Shown here piece after piece: positions 38,937 through 52,329 of a stretch of DNA of 64,000 nucleotides (within the stretch, counting starts at the first letter, position 1; every line of letters begins with the position of its first letter). The translations under genes were made by a program, and so were the position numbers. The notes below the pieces were generated by a model. The model did no database searches, was not told the origin of the DNA, and saw only the letters and a list, made by a program, of their open reading frames with translations. The stretch is from Leucoraja erinacea (Eukaryota): NCBI RefSeq assembly GCF_028641065.1, contig NC_073380.1, positions 81,220,001-81,284,000 on the forward strand, written 5' to 3'.

Positions 38937-40376
38937 AAAACATAGAAACATAGAAATTAGGTGCAGGAGTAGGCAATTCGGCCCTTCGAGCCTGCACCGC
39001 CATTCAATATGATCATGGCTGATCATCCAACTCAGTATCCCGTACCTGCCTTCTCTCCATACCCACTGATCCCCTTAGCCACAAGGGCCACATCTAACTC
39101 CCTCTTAAATATAGCCAATGAACTGGCCTCAACTACCCTCTGTGGCAGAGAGTTCCAGAGATTCACCACTCTCTGTGTGAAAAAAGTTCTTCTCATCTCG
39201 GTTTTAAAGGATTTTCCCCCTTATCCTTAAGCTGTGACCCCTTGTCCTGGACTTCCCTAACATCGGGAACAATCTTCCTGCATCTAGCCTGTCCAACCCC
39301 TTAAGAATTTTGTAAGTTTCTATAAGATCCCCTCTCAATCTCCTAAATTCTAGAGAGTATAAACCAAGTCTATCCAGTCTTTCTTCATAAGACAGTCCTG
39401 ACATCCCAGGAATCAGTCTGGTGAACCGTCTCTGCACTCCCTCTATGGCAATAATGTCCTTCCTCAGATTTGGAGACCAAAACTGTACGCAATACTCCAG
39501 GTGTGGTCTCACCAAGACCCTGTACAACTGCAGTAGAACCTCCCTGCTCCTATACTCAAATCCTTTTGCAATGAAAGCTAACATACCATTTGCTTTCTTT
39601 ACTGCCTGCTGCACCTGCATGCCTACCTTCAATGACTGGTGTACCATGACACCCAGGTCTCGCTGCATCTCCTCCTTTCCCAATCGGCCACCATTTAGAT
39701 AATAGTCTGCTTTCCCCGTTTTTTTGCCACCAAAATGGATAACCTCACATTTATCCACATTATACTGCATCTGCCAAACATTTGCCCACTCACCCAGCCT
39801 ATCCAAGTCACCTTGCAGTCTCCTAGCATCCTCCTCACAGCTAACACTGCCCCCCAGCTTAGTGTCATCCGCAAACTTGGAGATATTGCCTTCAATTCCC
39901 TCATCCAGATCATTAATATATATTGTAAATAGCTGGGGTCCCAGCACTGAGCCTTGCGGTACCCCATTAGTCACTGCCTGCCATTGTGAAAAGGACCCGT
40001 TTACTCCTACTCTTTGCTTCCTGTTTGCCAACCAGTTCTCTATCCACATCAATACTGAACCCCCAATGCCTTATGCTTTAAGTTTGTATACTAATCTCTT
40101 ATGTGGGACCTTGTCGAAAGCCTTCTGGAAGTCCAGATACACCACATCCACTGGTTCTCCTCTATCCACGCTACTAGTTACATCCTCGAAAAATTCTATA
40201 AGATTCGTCAGACATGATTTACCTTTCGTAAATCCATGCTGACTTTGTCCAATGATTTCACCACTTTCCAAATGTGCTGCTATCCCATCTTTAATAACTG
40301 ACTCTAGCAGTTTCCCCACTACCGATGTTAGACTAACTGGTCTGTAATTCCCCATTTTCTCTCTCCCTGCCTTCTT
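38937..40376 (-). mobile_element. Young CR1 LINE, 5'-truncated (about 1.4 kb)
   Basis: NYRPVSLTS, YLDFQKAFDKV, GVPQGSVLGP and KFADD motifs; (CATAGAAA)n tail. Confidence 0.93.
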
Positions 40377-41782
40377 AGGTTTACTCCTACAGCAACTGCA
40401 GTTCCTGCTCCTGCTCCTACCGCTGTTCCCACTCATGCTCCTGCACCAACAGCTGCTCTTGCTCCAGTTCCAGTTCCTACAGTTGCTCCTGCTTCTAAAA
40501 CTGGCCATACCCCTACACTGGGGTGGGAGATTGCAACCTTCGAAACCGTGTTTTGACTAATGCAATTAACCCAACGTTGTGTTAGGCTGTGGTTAGGGGG
40601 AGGGTAGTAGACGCAAATACTCAATTTGGATACCAAAGGTTACAGACGCTGGAACCTGGAGCAATATCTAACTGCTTTTCAAACATTTCTTTCAAAATTG
40701 TGCCTACCTCTAAATGGGCGGAGAATTCCGGAGACTCACTTCCCTCTGCAACTATTAATAGCTGGAGGAACTGTGTGGAGCAGCTGGGGCGGGCGGGGGC
40801 GGGGGGGGGGGGGGGGGGGGGGGTGGGGTAGGGCAACTTTTCGTGTGGCGAACCTACAGCAGGACCGAGAGAGACGGTTGAAGAGGAAGGGGGAAGGCGA
40901 GATACGGACTAGTGGATAATAGGTAGCCTGAAGTTGGGAGAACCTTTGACGGGAAGATGAAGCCATATGGGGAGGGGTTAAATTGGGAGACAGACGTGCG
41001 TGGATACAGGCAATGAGAAAGAGGATGGATGGAGCCAAATGGAGGGAGAGGAGGTTGAAGCTGAAGACAGAGGACAGATTGTGACAAGCGACCACACAAA
41101 GACTGGGCATTGGAAACAGATAAGTAAAGAAGGTGATAATGGGGAGAGGTGAAAAGCAGATGGAACTAGATGATGAGGGGACCCTGTGCGTGGGAGTATG
41201 TGAATGGAACCAGGAAAGGGGGAGGAGGAGCCTAAAGAAGTAATGAGGGGGCTGAGGGGGTGTATGGGAAAGCCTAAGATAGTCACAAAATGCTAGAGTA
41301 ACTCAGCCGGCCAGGCAGCATCTCAGGAGAAAAGGAATAGGTGACCTTTTGGGTCAGTTCAGTTTAATTTTGTTTTTTGTCACGTGTACTGAGATGCAGT
41401 GAAAAGCTTTTGTTGCGTGCTATTCTGTCAGCGGAAATATAATGCATGATTACAATGGAGCCATTTACAGTGTGTAGATACATGATAAGGGAATAACGTT
41501 TAGTGCAAGGTAAAGCCAGAACAATCCGATCAAGGATAGTTTGAGGGTCACCAGTGAAATAGACAGTAGTTCAGCACAGCTTCAGCCCAAAATCATCACC
41601 TATTTCTTTATCCAGAGATGCTGCCTGACCCGCTGAATTACTGCAGTATTTAATGATTATCTTTGGTGTAAACCAGCATCTGCACTTCATTGTTTTCAAG
41701 AAGGAACTGCAGATGCTGGAAGATCGAAGGTACACAAAAATGCTGGAGAAACTCAGCGGGTGCAGGAGCGAAGGAAATAGGC

Positions 41783-41810
41783 GACGTTTCGGGCCGAAAC
41801 CCTTCTTCAG
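41783..41810 (-). ncRNA. Minimal hammerhead-ribozyme-like core within a Penelope-like short repeat
   Basis: CTGAAGA-A-GGG-TTTCGG-CCC-GAAAC-GTC. Confidence 0.5.
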
Positions 41811-43758
41811 ACTGCACTTCATCTGCACTTCATTCCTCTGCACTTGTTTTGAACCTGCATGTTCTGGTATTTTAAGTTGAATTCCTGCGAAAGCCCGATT
41901 GGAGTCTTCTACATTGTGGGCCTACATAAATGTAATTTATTGTTTACATGGTCACTGGATCTGAAGCACTTGTTTCTCTTTTCCCAACTCCTGATGAAGG
42001 TTTTAACTCAAAAGGTTAAATGTTTCTCACTCCAGGGGTGCTGCCTGAACTGCTGAGCATTGCCAACATTTCCTAATTTTATTTCAGATTTTCCGAGTGT
42101 GCAGATTTTTAACTTATTCACGACTTCGATTTTGAAAAATCACTTATTTTCAAAAGTTGACTGCATTTCATTAACCTTCTCAGATAAAGTTGAACTAAAA
42201 TAGCCCCGGCCTAGGCCAAGATCCTTGGGTCAGGTATCCATCCGATTCCCTTTTTAAAGATTAAAAAAAAACAGTGAATGCTAGAAATCTGAAGTCTAGA
42301 AATTGATTGAGAAAGCATTGACTAACATTTCCACCACCCACGTAGGCAGTGAATCTTAGAATATAATGATGCTCTGTGTAAATATATATGTTTGTCCCTG
42401 ACATTCCTATTCTATCTCTTGCCTAAATAGTCAGAGATTGAAACAGCCTGGAAACAGGCCCTTCAGCCCAACTTTCCCCTGCCAACCAAGATGCCCCATC
42501 TACGCCAGTCCCACCTGCCCACGTTTGGCCAATATCCCTCTAAAGTTTTCCTGTCTGTGTACCTTTCCTATCCAACCTGACTTTTTACATTTTGTTGTAG
42601 TACTTGCCTTAACTATCGCCTCCGACAGCTCTTTCTGGATACCCACCATCATCTGTGTGGGAAAAGTTGCCCCCAGATTCTTATTAAATCTTCCCCTCTC
42701 CCCTTAATCCTATGTCCCCCGGTTCTTGATTTCCTCTACCTTGGGTAAAATACTCTGTGCTTTCACCCCCATCCAATCCCCTCAAGATCTTATACACGTT
42801 TAAAAGATCACCCCTCAGCCTCCTGTGCTCCAAGGATTAAAGTCCTCGTCTGCCCATCCTTTCCATATAGCTCATGCCCTCAGCTCATGCCCTTAGGTGG
42901 AACATCCTTGTAAATCTTTTCGTAAATATTAAATTTGTGCCCTGATTCTTGAGCCCTCCTTGATTAAATGAGTCATGACTGATTGAATTGAAAGATACAG
43001 CATGGAAACATTGGCTCACTGAATCCACACCAACCATCGATCACCGGGTTCAGACTAGTTCTCATTTTTGCACATGAAAAAATAATCAAAGAAAAATGCA
43101 AATATTGGAATTTGAAACCAAAACTGAAAATGCTAGAAACAGCCAATGGTTCAGACCACATCTGTGGAAAGGGAACAAAAAGTAATGTTTCAAATCAGAC
43201 ACTTCTTCAGAACTAAGAAGTTGAGAGAACAAGTTAAACTGCAGTGAGACTGGGAAAGGGAGGGAAAGGACAAAGAGAATATCTCTGACAGAATTATAGA
43301 ATAGTTATAGCACAGCATGAGGCTATTTGTCCCATCGTGTCTGTGCCAATTATCCATCAGCTGGTTCCACCTCCTGGCCTCTCTGTATTTTTGCAAATTT
43401 TAACAGCACCATGTATTGATCCAATTCCCTCTCAAAGGCCACAGTGGAACCCGCCACACCCCAAACACACACTGTCAGCGCCTTCTGGATTCCAACCACA
43501 GACTGGGTGATAAATCATTTCCCCACCAGAGGAGTAGCTGTGTGGACAAACTGTTGACAAATACGTGGTTCATAGATTAATGATAGATAGCAATTAGAGA
43601 AAGACCACAAACAAACGGTGCAGCAGTAAAGCTGCAGCCTCAAGATGCCACAGACCCGGTTCAACTCCTGTGTGGAGTTTGTACAGTCTTCCAGTGACTG
43701 CATGGGTTTCCTCCGGGTGTTCCAGTTTCCTACCACGTCCTAATGATATGCGAGCTTG

Positions 43759-45517
43759 TAATAAACAAGTTCGGTATTCTGAAAAATGCAAGGAATTGTG
43801 GGATTTCTCAAAGTCATTAGAGAAAAAAAAATGCGAATGGGGCTGCCAGGTAGCGGGAGAGCGGGGTGTACCAGCGAGAGAGAGGGGGCATATGCGAGTG
43901 GGAGACAGGGGGAGAGACTGGACCAGCGGAGAGATGGTGAGAGGTAGGGGAAAGAGAAGGGGGGTGAAAGATGTGCATAGAAACATAGAAACATAGAAAT
44001 TAGGTGCAGGAGTAGGCCATTCGGCCCTTCGAGCCTGCACAGCCATTCAATATGATCATGGCTGATCATCCAACTCAGTATCCCGTACCTGCCTTCTCTC
44101 CATACCCCCTGATCCCCTTAGCCACAAGGGCCACATCTAACTCCCTCTTAAATATAGCCAATGAAGTGGACTCAACTACCCTCTGTGGCAGAGAGTTCCA
44201 GAGATTCACCACTCTCTGCGTGAAAAAAGTTCTTCTCATCTCGGTTTTAAAGGATATCCCCCTTATCCTTAAGCTGTGACCCCTTGTCCTGGACTTCCCT
44301 AACATCGGGAACAATCTTCCTGCATCTAGCCTGTCCAACCCCTTAAGAATTTTGTAAGTTTCTATAAGATCCCCTCTCAATCTCCTAAATTCTAGAGAGT
44401 ATAAACCAGTCTATCCAGTCTTTCTTCATAAGACAGTCCTGACATCCCAGGAATCAGTCTGGTGAACCGTCTCTGCATGTTTGTGTTTTGCTCACAGATG
44501 TGTTTAGTTTAACATTCCACGGTGAGTGCCGGGGTTTGCACGTCGGTTGCAGAGGCGGGCAATGTCCCCCAGTTCCTCCCTTCAGTCCGGGGTGGGGGGG
44601 GGGGGGGGGGTTGTGGGGGGGGTTGGGATTATCCCCTCACAAAAGGGGAAAACATTTGTTCGGCATGGACTTGTAGGGCCGAGATGGCCTGTTTCCGTGC
44701 TGTAATTGTTATATGGTTATATGGTTATTATCCTAGTGCCGGGGAGTTCTTGTGGAGACGGGGCGTCCAGGACCTGCAGTGAAGCCGCGATAGAGAGTTC
44801 CTCTCTCCCCATTTCTCTTCCCATCCCTGTCCCCATCTCTCTCTCTGCTGCCTCTTCTTTACCCATGGACAGGCGTCGCTCTGTCAGAAGGAACTGCAGA
44901 TGCTGGTTTACAGCGAAGGTAGACACAACGTATTGGAGTAACTCAGCGGGACAGGCAGCATCTTTGGAGAAAAGGATGCTGTTCGGGTCGAGACCCTTCT
45001 CCATAGATGTTGCCTGACCCGCTGAGTTACTGCAGTATTTTGTGCGAATCCCCGTTGATGACAGGTGCTCGGTTTTCGCCAGCACCAAGGGGGTCAACCG
45101 ACAGCCACCGGATAAGGTGAGAGATGCAGCAGATGGTCCCCAGCCCATCAGGGAACGGTTTCCTCGGGAGTTGGAGTAGAGTTGATCTGGAGATAGCCCT
45201 GACTGTAAGCCTGGGGCCGCCACTACTCCAGGCCAGTGTCCCATCACCCCGGGCATCTCCGGCCCCTCCCCATGACAGGGATGGGACACTCGGGAGGGGA
45301 CGGGGACAATAGTGAGATCACCCGTTTGCACTTGTTCTACATTATCTAATTCCAGTAGCAATTCAACAGCTCTTGCAGTGTAGGAGACCCGGGTTCGATC
45401 CTGACTACGGATGAAACGCAGGTCTGTTAACACGCAGCAGCTCAGCTGCTGAAAATGTTTATCGCGACTGACCTATGACCTGGGCATGCGTAGTCGAAAT
45501 ACTGAACTCGCTTATTG
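43759..45517 (+). mobile_element. Second copy of the TIR element family, with nested CR1 (43976-44477) and short repeats, inserted into a SINE
   Basis: Left end aataaacaagttcggtattc, right end gaaatactgaactcgcttatt. The SINE halves at 43625-43758 and from 45517 onward are colinear. Confidence 0.6.
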
Positions 45518-45989
45518 GCCTCTGCAATACCTCTAGTGTGTAGGAAGTGGGTGAGTGTGTGGAATAACACATACTTGTGTGATTGGGTGATCGTTCAGTG
45601 AGGACTTGGCGAGCCAAAGGTACTGTTTCCAAGCTGTATCTTTCAATCAATCAAAAAAAGGAACATAAATCCTGTGGTAGACAATCATGCTGGAGAAACT
45701 CAGCGGGTGAGGCAGCATCTATGGAGCGAAGGAAATAGGCAACGTTTTGGGTCGAAACCCTTCTTCAGACTGATGTGAGGGTGGGGGGGTGGGGGGGGGC
45801 GGGAAGAAGAAAGGAAGAGGAGGAGCCAGTGGGCTGAGGGAGAGTTGAGAAAGGGAGAAAGTAGGGACCGGGGTTTGTTCCTGTCTGTATGGAGTTTCCA
45901 CATTCGCACTGTGGCCGCATAGGTTTTCTCCAGTTGCTCCGTTTTCCTCTCATATTCCAAAGGCGTGCAGATTTATAGAGTAATTGGCT

Positions 45990-46745
45990 TCTATAAGGGG
46001 GTTGCCCTAAGGTAATCGGGTCAAAGGGCGTGATGCAAGAAGCAACTCAATCCATGTGGAGGACATGGCGGCCTCAGCACGCACTGTTATCGCACGAAAC
46101 GCGTACTTTATTTCCTGTTAAAAACCGCCAAAATGATCATTTTTGCGCTGTAAATAATTGGCGGTGCGGGAAGGTATCATCTTTAAACTGGTGTTATCTC
46201 ATGGTGTAGCGTATTTTACAATCCGCGAATAATAGCCGCATTCATTGTCGTGTCCAGAGAAACAGCACCATCTCGATAAGCCTTCGCTAAATAAAGTGAA
46301 CTCAAAGTCAGAGCACCAAGTCTGAACCCGAGCACCAAGGTGTAAGAGGCCGAAGGAGCGCATCCCTCGGGGCAGACCCCACTCTCAGCGCTGTCCGGCC
46401 ATGTCTCCCCCTGTGGGCCGCATTGTCAGGGGCTGTGAGTCGGCAGCGCCCACACACATGGAGCGGGGCCGGGTGGGGCTGGATGAGGTGGGGCCGTGGC
46501 TCTGGACAGTGTCAGCTGCAGCAAGGTTGGGGACGGTCTGCTCCCTCCGCCCACCCAGAGTCACTGCACCGCCACCCCGATCTCTTCCTCCCCCCGGGCC
46601 GCGGGGATAGACGGCCCGGGGTCAGCGAGTGTGCAACCAGTCCGGATGCTGGGACAGAAGAAAATCCCACTGTGCTGGCAGCCATACCTGCAGTTCATCG
46701 CGTGTATGCCAGTTGGCGGTGCGTGGCAACAGTACGGGTCACGGG
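45990..46745 (+). mobile_element. Internal fragment of the same TIR element family
   Basis: Blocks match 35866-36040, 36083-36107, 36115-36180 and 36230-36285. Confidence 0.65.
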
Positions 46746-47375
46746 TCGTGATCCTCGACTGCGTGCAACCTCCCTACAAAATTGTCCCTCCAGAGCTGCC
46801 TCGGCCGCAACATGTGCCTTAGGCTCGTCGGCAGGAGACCAGGAACCTGCCCCCAAATTGTCGCAATTCCTCCCAAGGCTCGCGGTCAGGGGGAACTCGC
46901 GGTCGGCGGGAACTCGTCTGAACGCTCATCGTTCGGCGGAATTGGGACCTCGTCCAAGAGCTTGTCGGGGAACCCGCTCGAAGGCTCGGCAGACAGAGTT
47001 AACGAGAGGGATCAGGAGTAGTCGGACGCAAGACGTCAAGATCGGTTGAGGGGTGAACCGGGAAGTTGCCTCCAGCGCCTAGAGAGTACAGATCGGCTGT
47101 AGTACCTCAGGGCACAAAGGTGGCTTGGCATGAAGAGGGACCCTCAGTTTATCCAGCGTGTTCTTGTGTTGTTAGGCCTCTGTCCAGTTTCTAGGGTTAA
47201 TATGCGGCAGCGTCTCGGCGGCATGCGGTTCTCCCTCTCAAATATCTGGAACCTGAATTGGTAATTGGATTGAACAATTGAGACGGGAATAATGGACAGC
47301 CGGTTTAACCTGACTCGAGCGACTGTAACAACACAGCAACATAGTGTGGCAAGCTGCAGCCTCGGCTCGGCGCTG

Positions 47376-47414
47376 AGTATTTGATCTGGGCTCCCGCGGC
47401 GTTGTATCACTGTG
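47376..47414 (-). other. 23-bp-spacer RSS of V6 with divergent nonamer
   Basis: CACAGTG, 23-nt spacer, TCAAATACT. Confidence 0.8.
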
Positions 47415-47859
47415 CTCTTCCAATGAGCACAGTAGTAGTCCCCCGCGTCGCTCTCGTCTATGTCTCTGATGTCCAACAGGCTCGCTTTCTCCTTCGACAA
47501 ATTCTCAGCGAAGAATTTGTCGCCGAAGCCCGGGTCCCTGACTGGCTCGGATTTCACGCTGATGTACAGGATGCGCTGCATGCCTCCGCTCACGGCGTTT
47601 CGGTACCAATGCACCTGCAGACCGTCGAAATCATCCTCGGTGTCAATGACGCAGCGAAAGCGTGCCGTCTTCCCTTTCGACCTGGTGTTGGATGCTTTTA
47701 GCTGGAGTAGAGACTGGGAAGGGCAGCAGCCTGTTGAAGGAATACCGCAGTTACTACCGACCTTTTGGGATAACATGAACCTTAAAATGAGCCAAACCTG
47801 AACTACCTACAGAAGGAGAAGGCCAGGAGCAGCAAGGGAGCTGCGATCTCCGCACGCAT
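47415..47859 (-). CDS. TRGV: TCR gamma V segment V6 (family C): leader 47811-47859, V exon 47415-47730
   Basis: Leader MRAEIAAPLLLLAFSF, donor T|GTAGGT, acceptor caacag|GC. V exon reads ARFRCVI...QVHWYRN...DAGDYYCAHWK. Confidence 0.9.
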
Positions 47860-48644
47860 TACTTTGCTTTACCGCTCCAGCTGAGTGGATTCGCTGGTTC
47901 GTGGAAATGAAGCGGATAACGTCTCGGCACTCCTGCTGTCACCAGATGTGTCGGCTTTAAACCGACTGCGAGAGACGTTGAAATATTTCCTCCCTGACGT
48001 GGTTAGCACTGTTGGCTAACAACGAACAGCGGCCGCGGACTCCGTGTATGATCTCAATGTTGCTGAAATGCAGGTGAACCGTTTCCAATTGGAGCGCATG
48101 GTCCCGGAAGAAGAGGTACGTCAAATGCTTGGTTAGTGATTAATCTGTGCAAGAACTTCATTGGTTCTTCCAGGTAGGGACTCCTAATGCACCTTCTTGC
48201 GAATTACTCAACGCCAAAGATTCATGCAAACAATGACCATGGGCGATTGGAATAATTTCACAACAGAGATATTAGCTTGTGCAGCAACCCAAGGGTTTCG
48301 GCCCGAAACGTTGCCTAATCCTTCGCTCCATAGATGCTGCTGCACCCGCTGAGTTTCTCCAGCATTTTTGAGTACCTTCGATTTTCCAGCATCTGCAGTT
48401 CCTTCTTAAACACAAGATATATTAGCTTTCTCACCGACGGTGGATGAGCCTCAGCCGTGTGTATCGTGGCACGGGAATTCCTTTCCCATCACCTGCCCTC
48501 TTAAATCTCCCCACCACTTGAGCCACTCCCGCCTTTAAAACCATGACTTTGGTCAGCTGTTTGACTGTATTTTAAGAACAACCGTGAGCCGCCTGGGGCG
48601 TTTCACCTTGCTAAAATGGGCATTTATTTTTCAGCATATATAAA

Positions 48645-49086
48645 CATAGAAAATGGGTGCAGGAGTAGGCCATTCAGCCCTTCGAGCTTGCACCGCCATT
48701 CAATATGATCATGGCTGATCATCCAACTCAGTATCCTGTACCTGCCCTTTCTCCATACCCCCTGATCCATTTAGCCACAAGGGCCACATCTAACTCCCTC
48801 TTAAATATAGCCAATGAACTGGCCTCAACTACATTATGTGGCAGATAATTCCAGAGATTCACCACTCTCTGTGTAAAAAATGTTTTTCTCATCTCAGTCC
48901 TAAAAGATTTCCCCTTTATCCTTAAACTGTGACCCCTTGTTCTGGACTTCCCCAACATCGGGAACAATCTTCCGGCATCTAGCCTGTCCAATCCCTTAAG
49001 AATTTTGTAAGTTTCTATAAGATCTTCTAAATTCTAGCGAGCACAAGCTGAGTCTATCCAGTCTTTCTTCGTATGAAAGTCCTGAC
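48645..49086 (-). mobile_element. CR1 LINE 3' end
   Basis: DRLDAGRLFPMLGKSRTRGH...RVVNLWN. Confidence 0.88.
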
Positions 49087-49307
49087 GTGGATTATCGTAT
49101 TTAGAGTTTTGGCTAAAGAACCTCTAGGTTATACGAGCAGCAACCAGTTCTGTAATCAAGGGCAGGAGCGTCATACCCTTGTTGGGGTTGCCGTACTTTG
49201 CTGTGACTCTTCTATATGTCCCCACAACACACAGTGTTGAAAACCATTCAAAAAGGTGGTGAGCAAACACAGTTTTTTTCTCGCCCACTTCACTTGGATT
49301 CTCTTGC

Positions 49308-49337
49308 TATAATAATAATAATAATAATAATAATAAT
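49308..49337. repeat. (TAA)n microsatellite
   Basis: Visible directly in the sequence. Confidence 0.9.
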
Positions 49338-52329
49338 TGTATTTATAGAGCACTTTAAAACAAACATAGCTGCAACAAAGTGCTGTACATCACTAATCAT
49401 TGACAAAAAAGTTAATACACAAACCAAAATAACAATCAAAAGAAGATGTAAGTAAAAGACAGGTAACATAAAGAAACATCAAAACACCACAAACAAGACC
49501 CAATCCTAAGCCTCAGGCCATGGTCACAAGCCAGGGAGTACAAATGCGTTTTAAACACACTTGGGATGTTGAATAATGGACATGAGGGGGCTGTTCCTGA
49601 TTTTTCAGCGGCCGGTGTTCCAGAGTGGCCGGAAGCAGCAACAGAGAAGGCTCTATCCCCTCTATCCCTATAAGATCTGTTATATTGTTTCACAACCATG
49701 TACAGCAACCACGCTGATTTTCTAGAATAGAGCTTCCCTCAGGAGACTGATCAGTCTCTGTTTAAGCAGGACTATTGTAAGAATTTACCAGCTGTCAATG
49801 GTAAAGAAAATCCAACCCATTAATCCAAGACTAATCTATTGATATAAATTGGGACTAGAAAACATAGAAAAATAAGTGGCCGGAGGAGGCATTCGGCCCC
49901 TTTGAGCCACCATAGCCATTTCATTGTGATCATGGCTGCGTCGTCACCTATCAAAAACCCGTGCCTGCCTTCATTCCCCCATTTTCCCTTGACTCCACTA
50001 GCCCCTAGAGCTCTATCTAACTCTCTCTAATCCATAACAGTGACTTGTGCCTCCACTGCCCTCTGTGGGAGAAGTCCAAAATTCCATAAATCACACTCCT
50101 GGGAAAAAAGGTGTTTTCTCACCTCAGTCTTAAATTACCTCCCTTTATTCCAAGACTGTGGCCCCTGGTCTGACTTCGCCCATATTAGGAACCATTTCTT
50201 CCTGCCACTAGCTTGTCCAGTCCATTTTTTAATTTTATATTGGTTTCTATAAGATCATCCCTCATACTTCTAAACTCCATTGAATACAAGCCTAAGTCTT
50301 TTCATCTTTCCTCTAGTTCATTCCCCGCCATCCCATGGATCAATTACGTGCAACTTCGCTGCCCTGCCTCAATCACAAGGATGTCCCTTCCGCAAAGTAG
50401 GAGACCAAAACTGGTACACCATACTCCATATGTGGTCTCACGCAAGACCTATCAACCTGCAGAAGCACCTCTTACTCCTAACTGAAATTCCTCTTGTTAT
50501 GAAGGCCATCACGTTAGCTTTCATTCGCTTTCTTCACTTGCCTCTGTAAACCTGCACGCCATTGTAGAATTGACACCATTAACCCCTCATATTTGCGTTC
50601 ATCTTAGTTTCCTCCATGGTATCTGCTGGATGTTAATAAAATCCAGAAATAGGGGTGTTCTGCAAACCCCAATGTCCATATTTCCTTTGTGAAAACCTTT
50701 CTGCAGCAGCATCTTCACAAGTTCGGGGTTAAAGTGCGCCTAAGAAAAGGTTTGAAGCATTAACTCCATTTATCTCCATAGATGCCTGCCTAGCCTTTTG
50801 TATTCCAAAAATAGAGTCTGTGTTTTTTGTGTGATCGCAAGAAATATTTTTTGCATGCAGTGCACTGGAACCTTTGGCGGAAGAACTGAGAACAGACGGG
50901 AATGACCTGGCCCTGTAAATACATATATTTCCTTTCATTGACACCAACTGCTTGCAGTAACTCATCGGGTCAGACAGGAGAAAAAGGAATAGGTGACGTT
51001 TCGTGTCGAGACGCCCTCAGTGTCACAAGTTCACCAATCTGGAGCTATCTCCTTGGCAACATTTCGTCAAAGAGACCCAAACGATTTCACGAGCTGTCCA
51101 GCGGTTCAGGCAAACCTGTGGAGACAATGGAAGAGTCAACATTTCAGGTTGAACCCCTTTCCATAAACTGTGCAAGGGTCTCCGGCGAAGTGTCCTCCTG
51201 CCTCCAACCTAACCGCCAGGGTTCCTCCATCAGTCAGTATTTGAGCTGATGAAGGCAGCAAGGTAAAACTGTTCTGTTGGCCTCAAGTGTCCAGAAGGTT
51301 ACAGTCCTATCTTGCACAAAGTAAAAATGGTGGTGGTTGTCAGAAATTCACTGATTGTACCCTGTGATCGCATGTGTTTACTGCTGGGTACTCGGTATTC
51401 CCATATTCCCAACATTTCAACAAAGAACGTGCAGTGTTGTGATGCCCCTAGTGTGTAAGATAGAAGTCGTATATGGTCAGCGTGGGGGACCTCGGTGGAC
51501 CATCAGGTCTGTTTTCCACGACGTATGTCTAAAAACTGTTTATATAAAAATGCAATTTCCATTGTGAGTCACACAGTGTCTCAAACAACTACGCAGCTCA
51601 CGTCTGTATGCAACGAGCTTTAGACAACCAATTCATCATGGGCTGGTAAGTGCCAGGTAATTGACCATAAAAGAGCCAGTCAATGACCCAATAGAGAATT
51701 GAGAAACTCCACCGCCGTCGCTAGGGGGGGGGGGGGGACTATTCAATTTCCTAACCTCTGCTAATTCAGACTGGACCATTTATAGTATGTTTAGTATGGC
51801 CAGACACTTACATAGACAATATGGCCATGAGAAGCTTGGTATCCTACTAAATCTCCCACTGACCCCAGGGTATTTCCACCATAATACAAGCCACATGTAT
51901 ATCATGGAGTCATGTGCTGCAGAACACTCTGTATCTTCTACTGTGCTCTACCTATTGTATTCGAGTTTGGCTTAACTGTATTTATTATAGTATAATAACC
52001 TGAACATAGAGCACACAATGCTGGAGCAACTCCCAGGACAGGCCGACTCCTCTGGATAAGAACCGTATGAAGACGAAGGTTGAACATTTCGGGTCGAGAC
52101 TGTAGAGGTCAGGAGAGAGGAGACAGCGCATACTGGAACGGTAAGGAGGTGAACACGAGAATATGTGAACTGTTTGGGTTAGCCTTGCAGAACAAAGACT
52201 TTTCACTGTAACTGTGCTGTACCGAGGTGACAGTAATAAACCTAAACCCAACCTGAACCGAGAGTTGTACAGCACATAAATGGGTCACCCTAGACACGCC
52301 TTGGAAATAACCCTCTACTTGCACTAATT

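Noticed and set aside
46636-46674. Isolated CACAGTG heptamer on the minus strand
   Set aside because: No nonamer at 12- or 23-nt spacing and no V exon adjacent.
1355-47859. Ig light chain or TCR alpha/delta/beta assignment of the V segments
   Set aside because: IHWY plus YYCAxW motifs, a multi-family V translocon without interspersed J-C clusters, a short V-J junction and an IFG J fit TCR gamma better.
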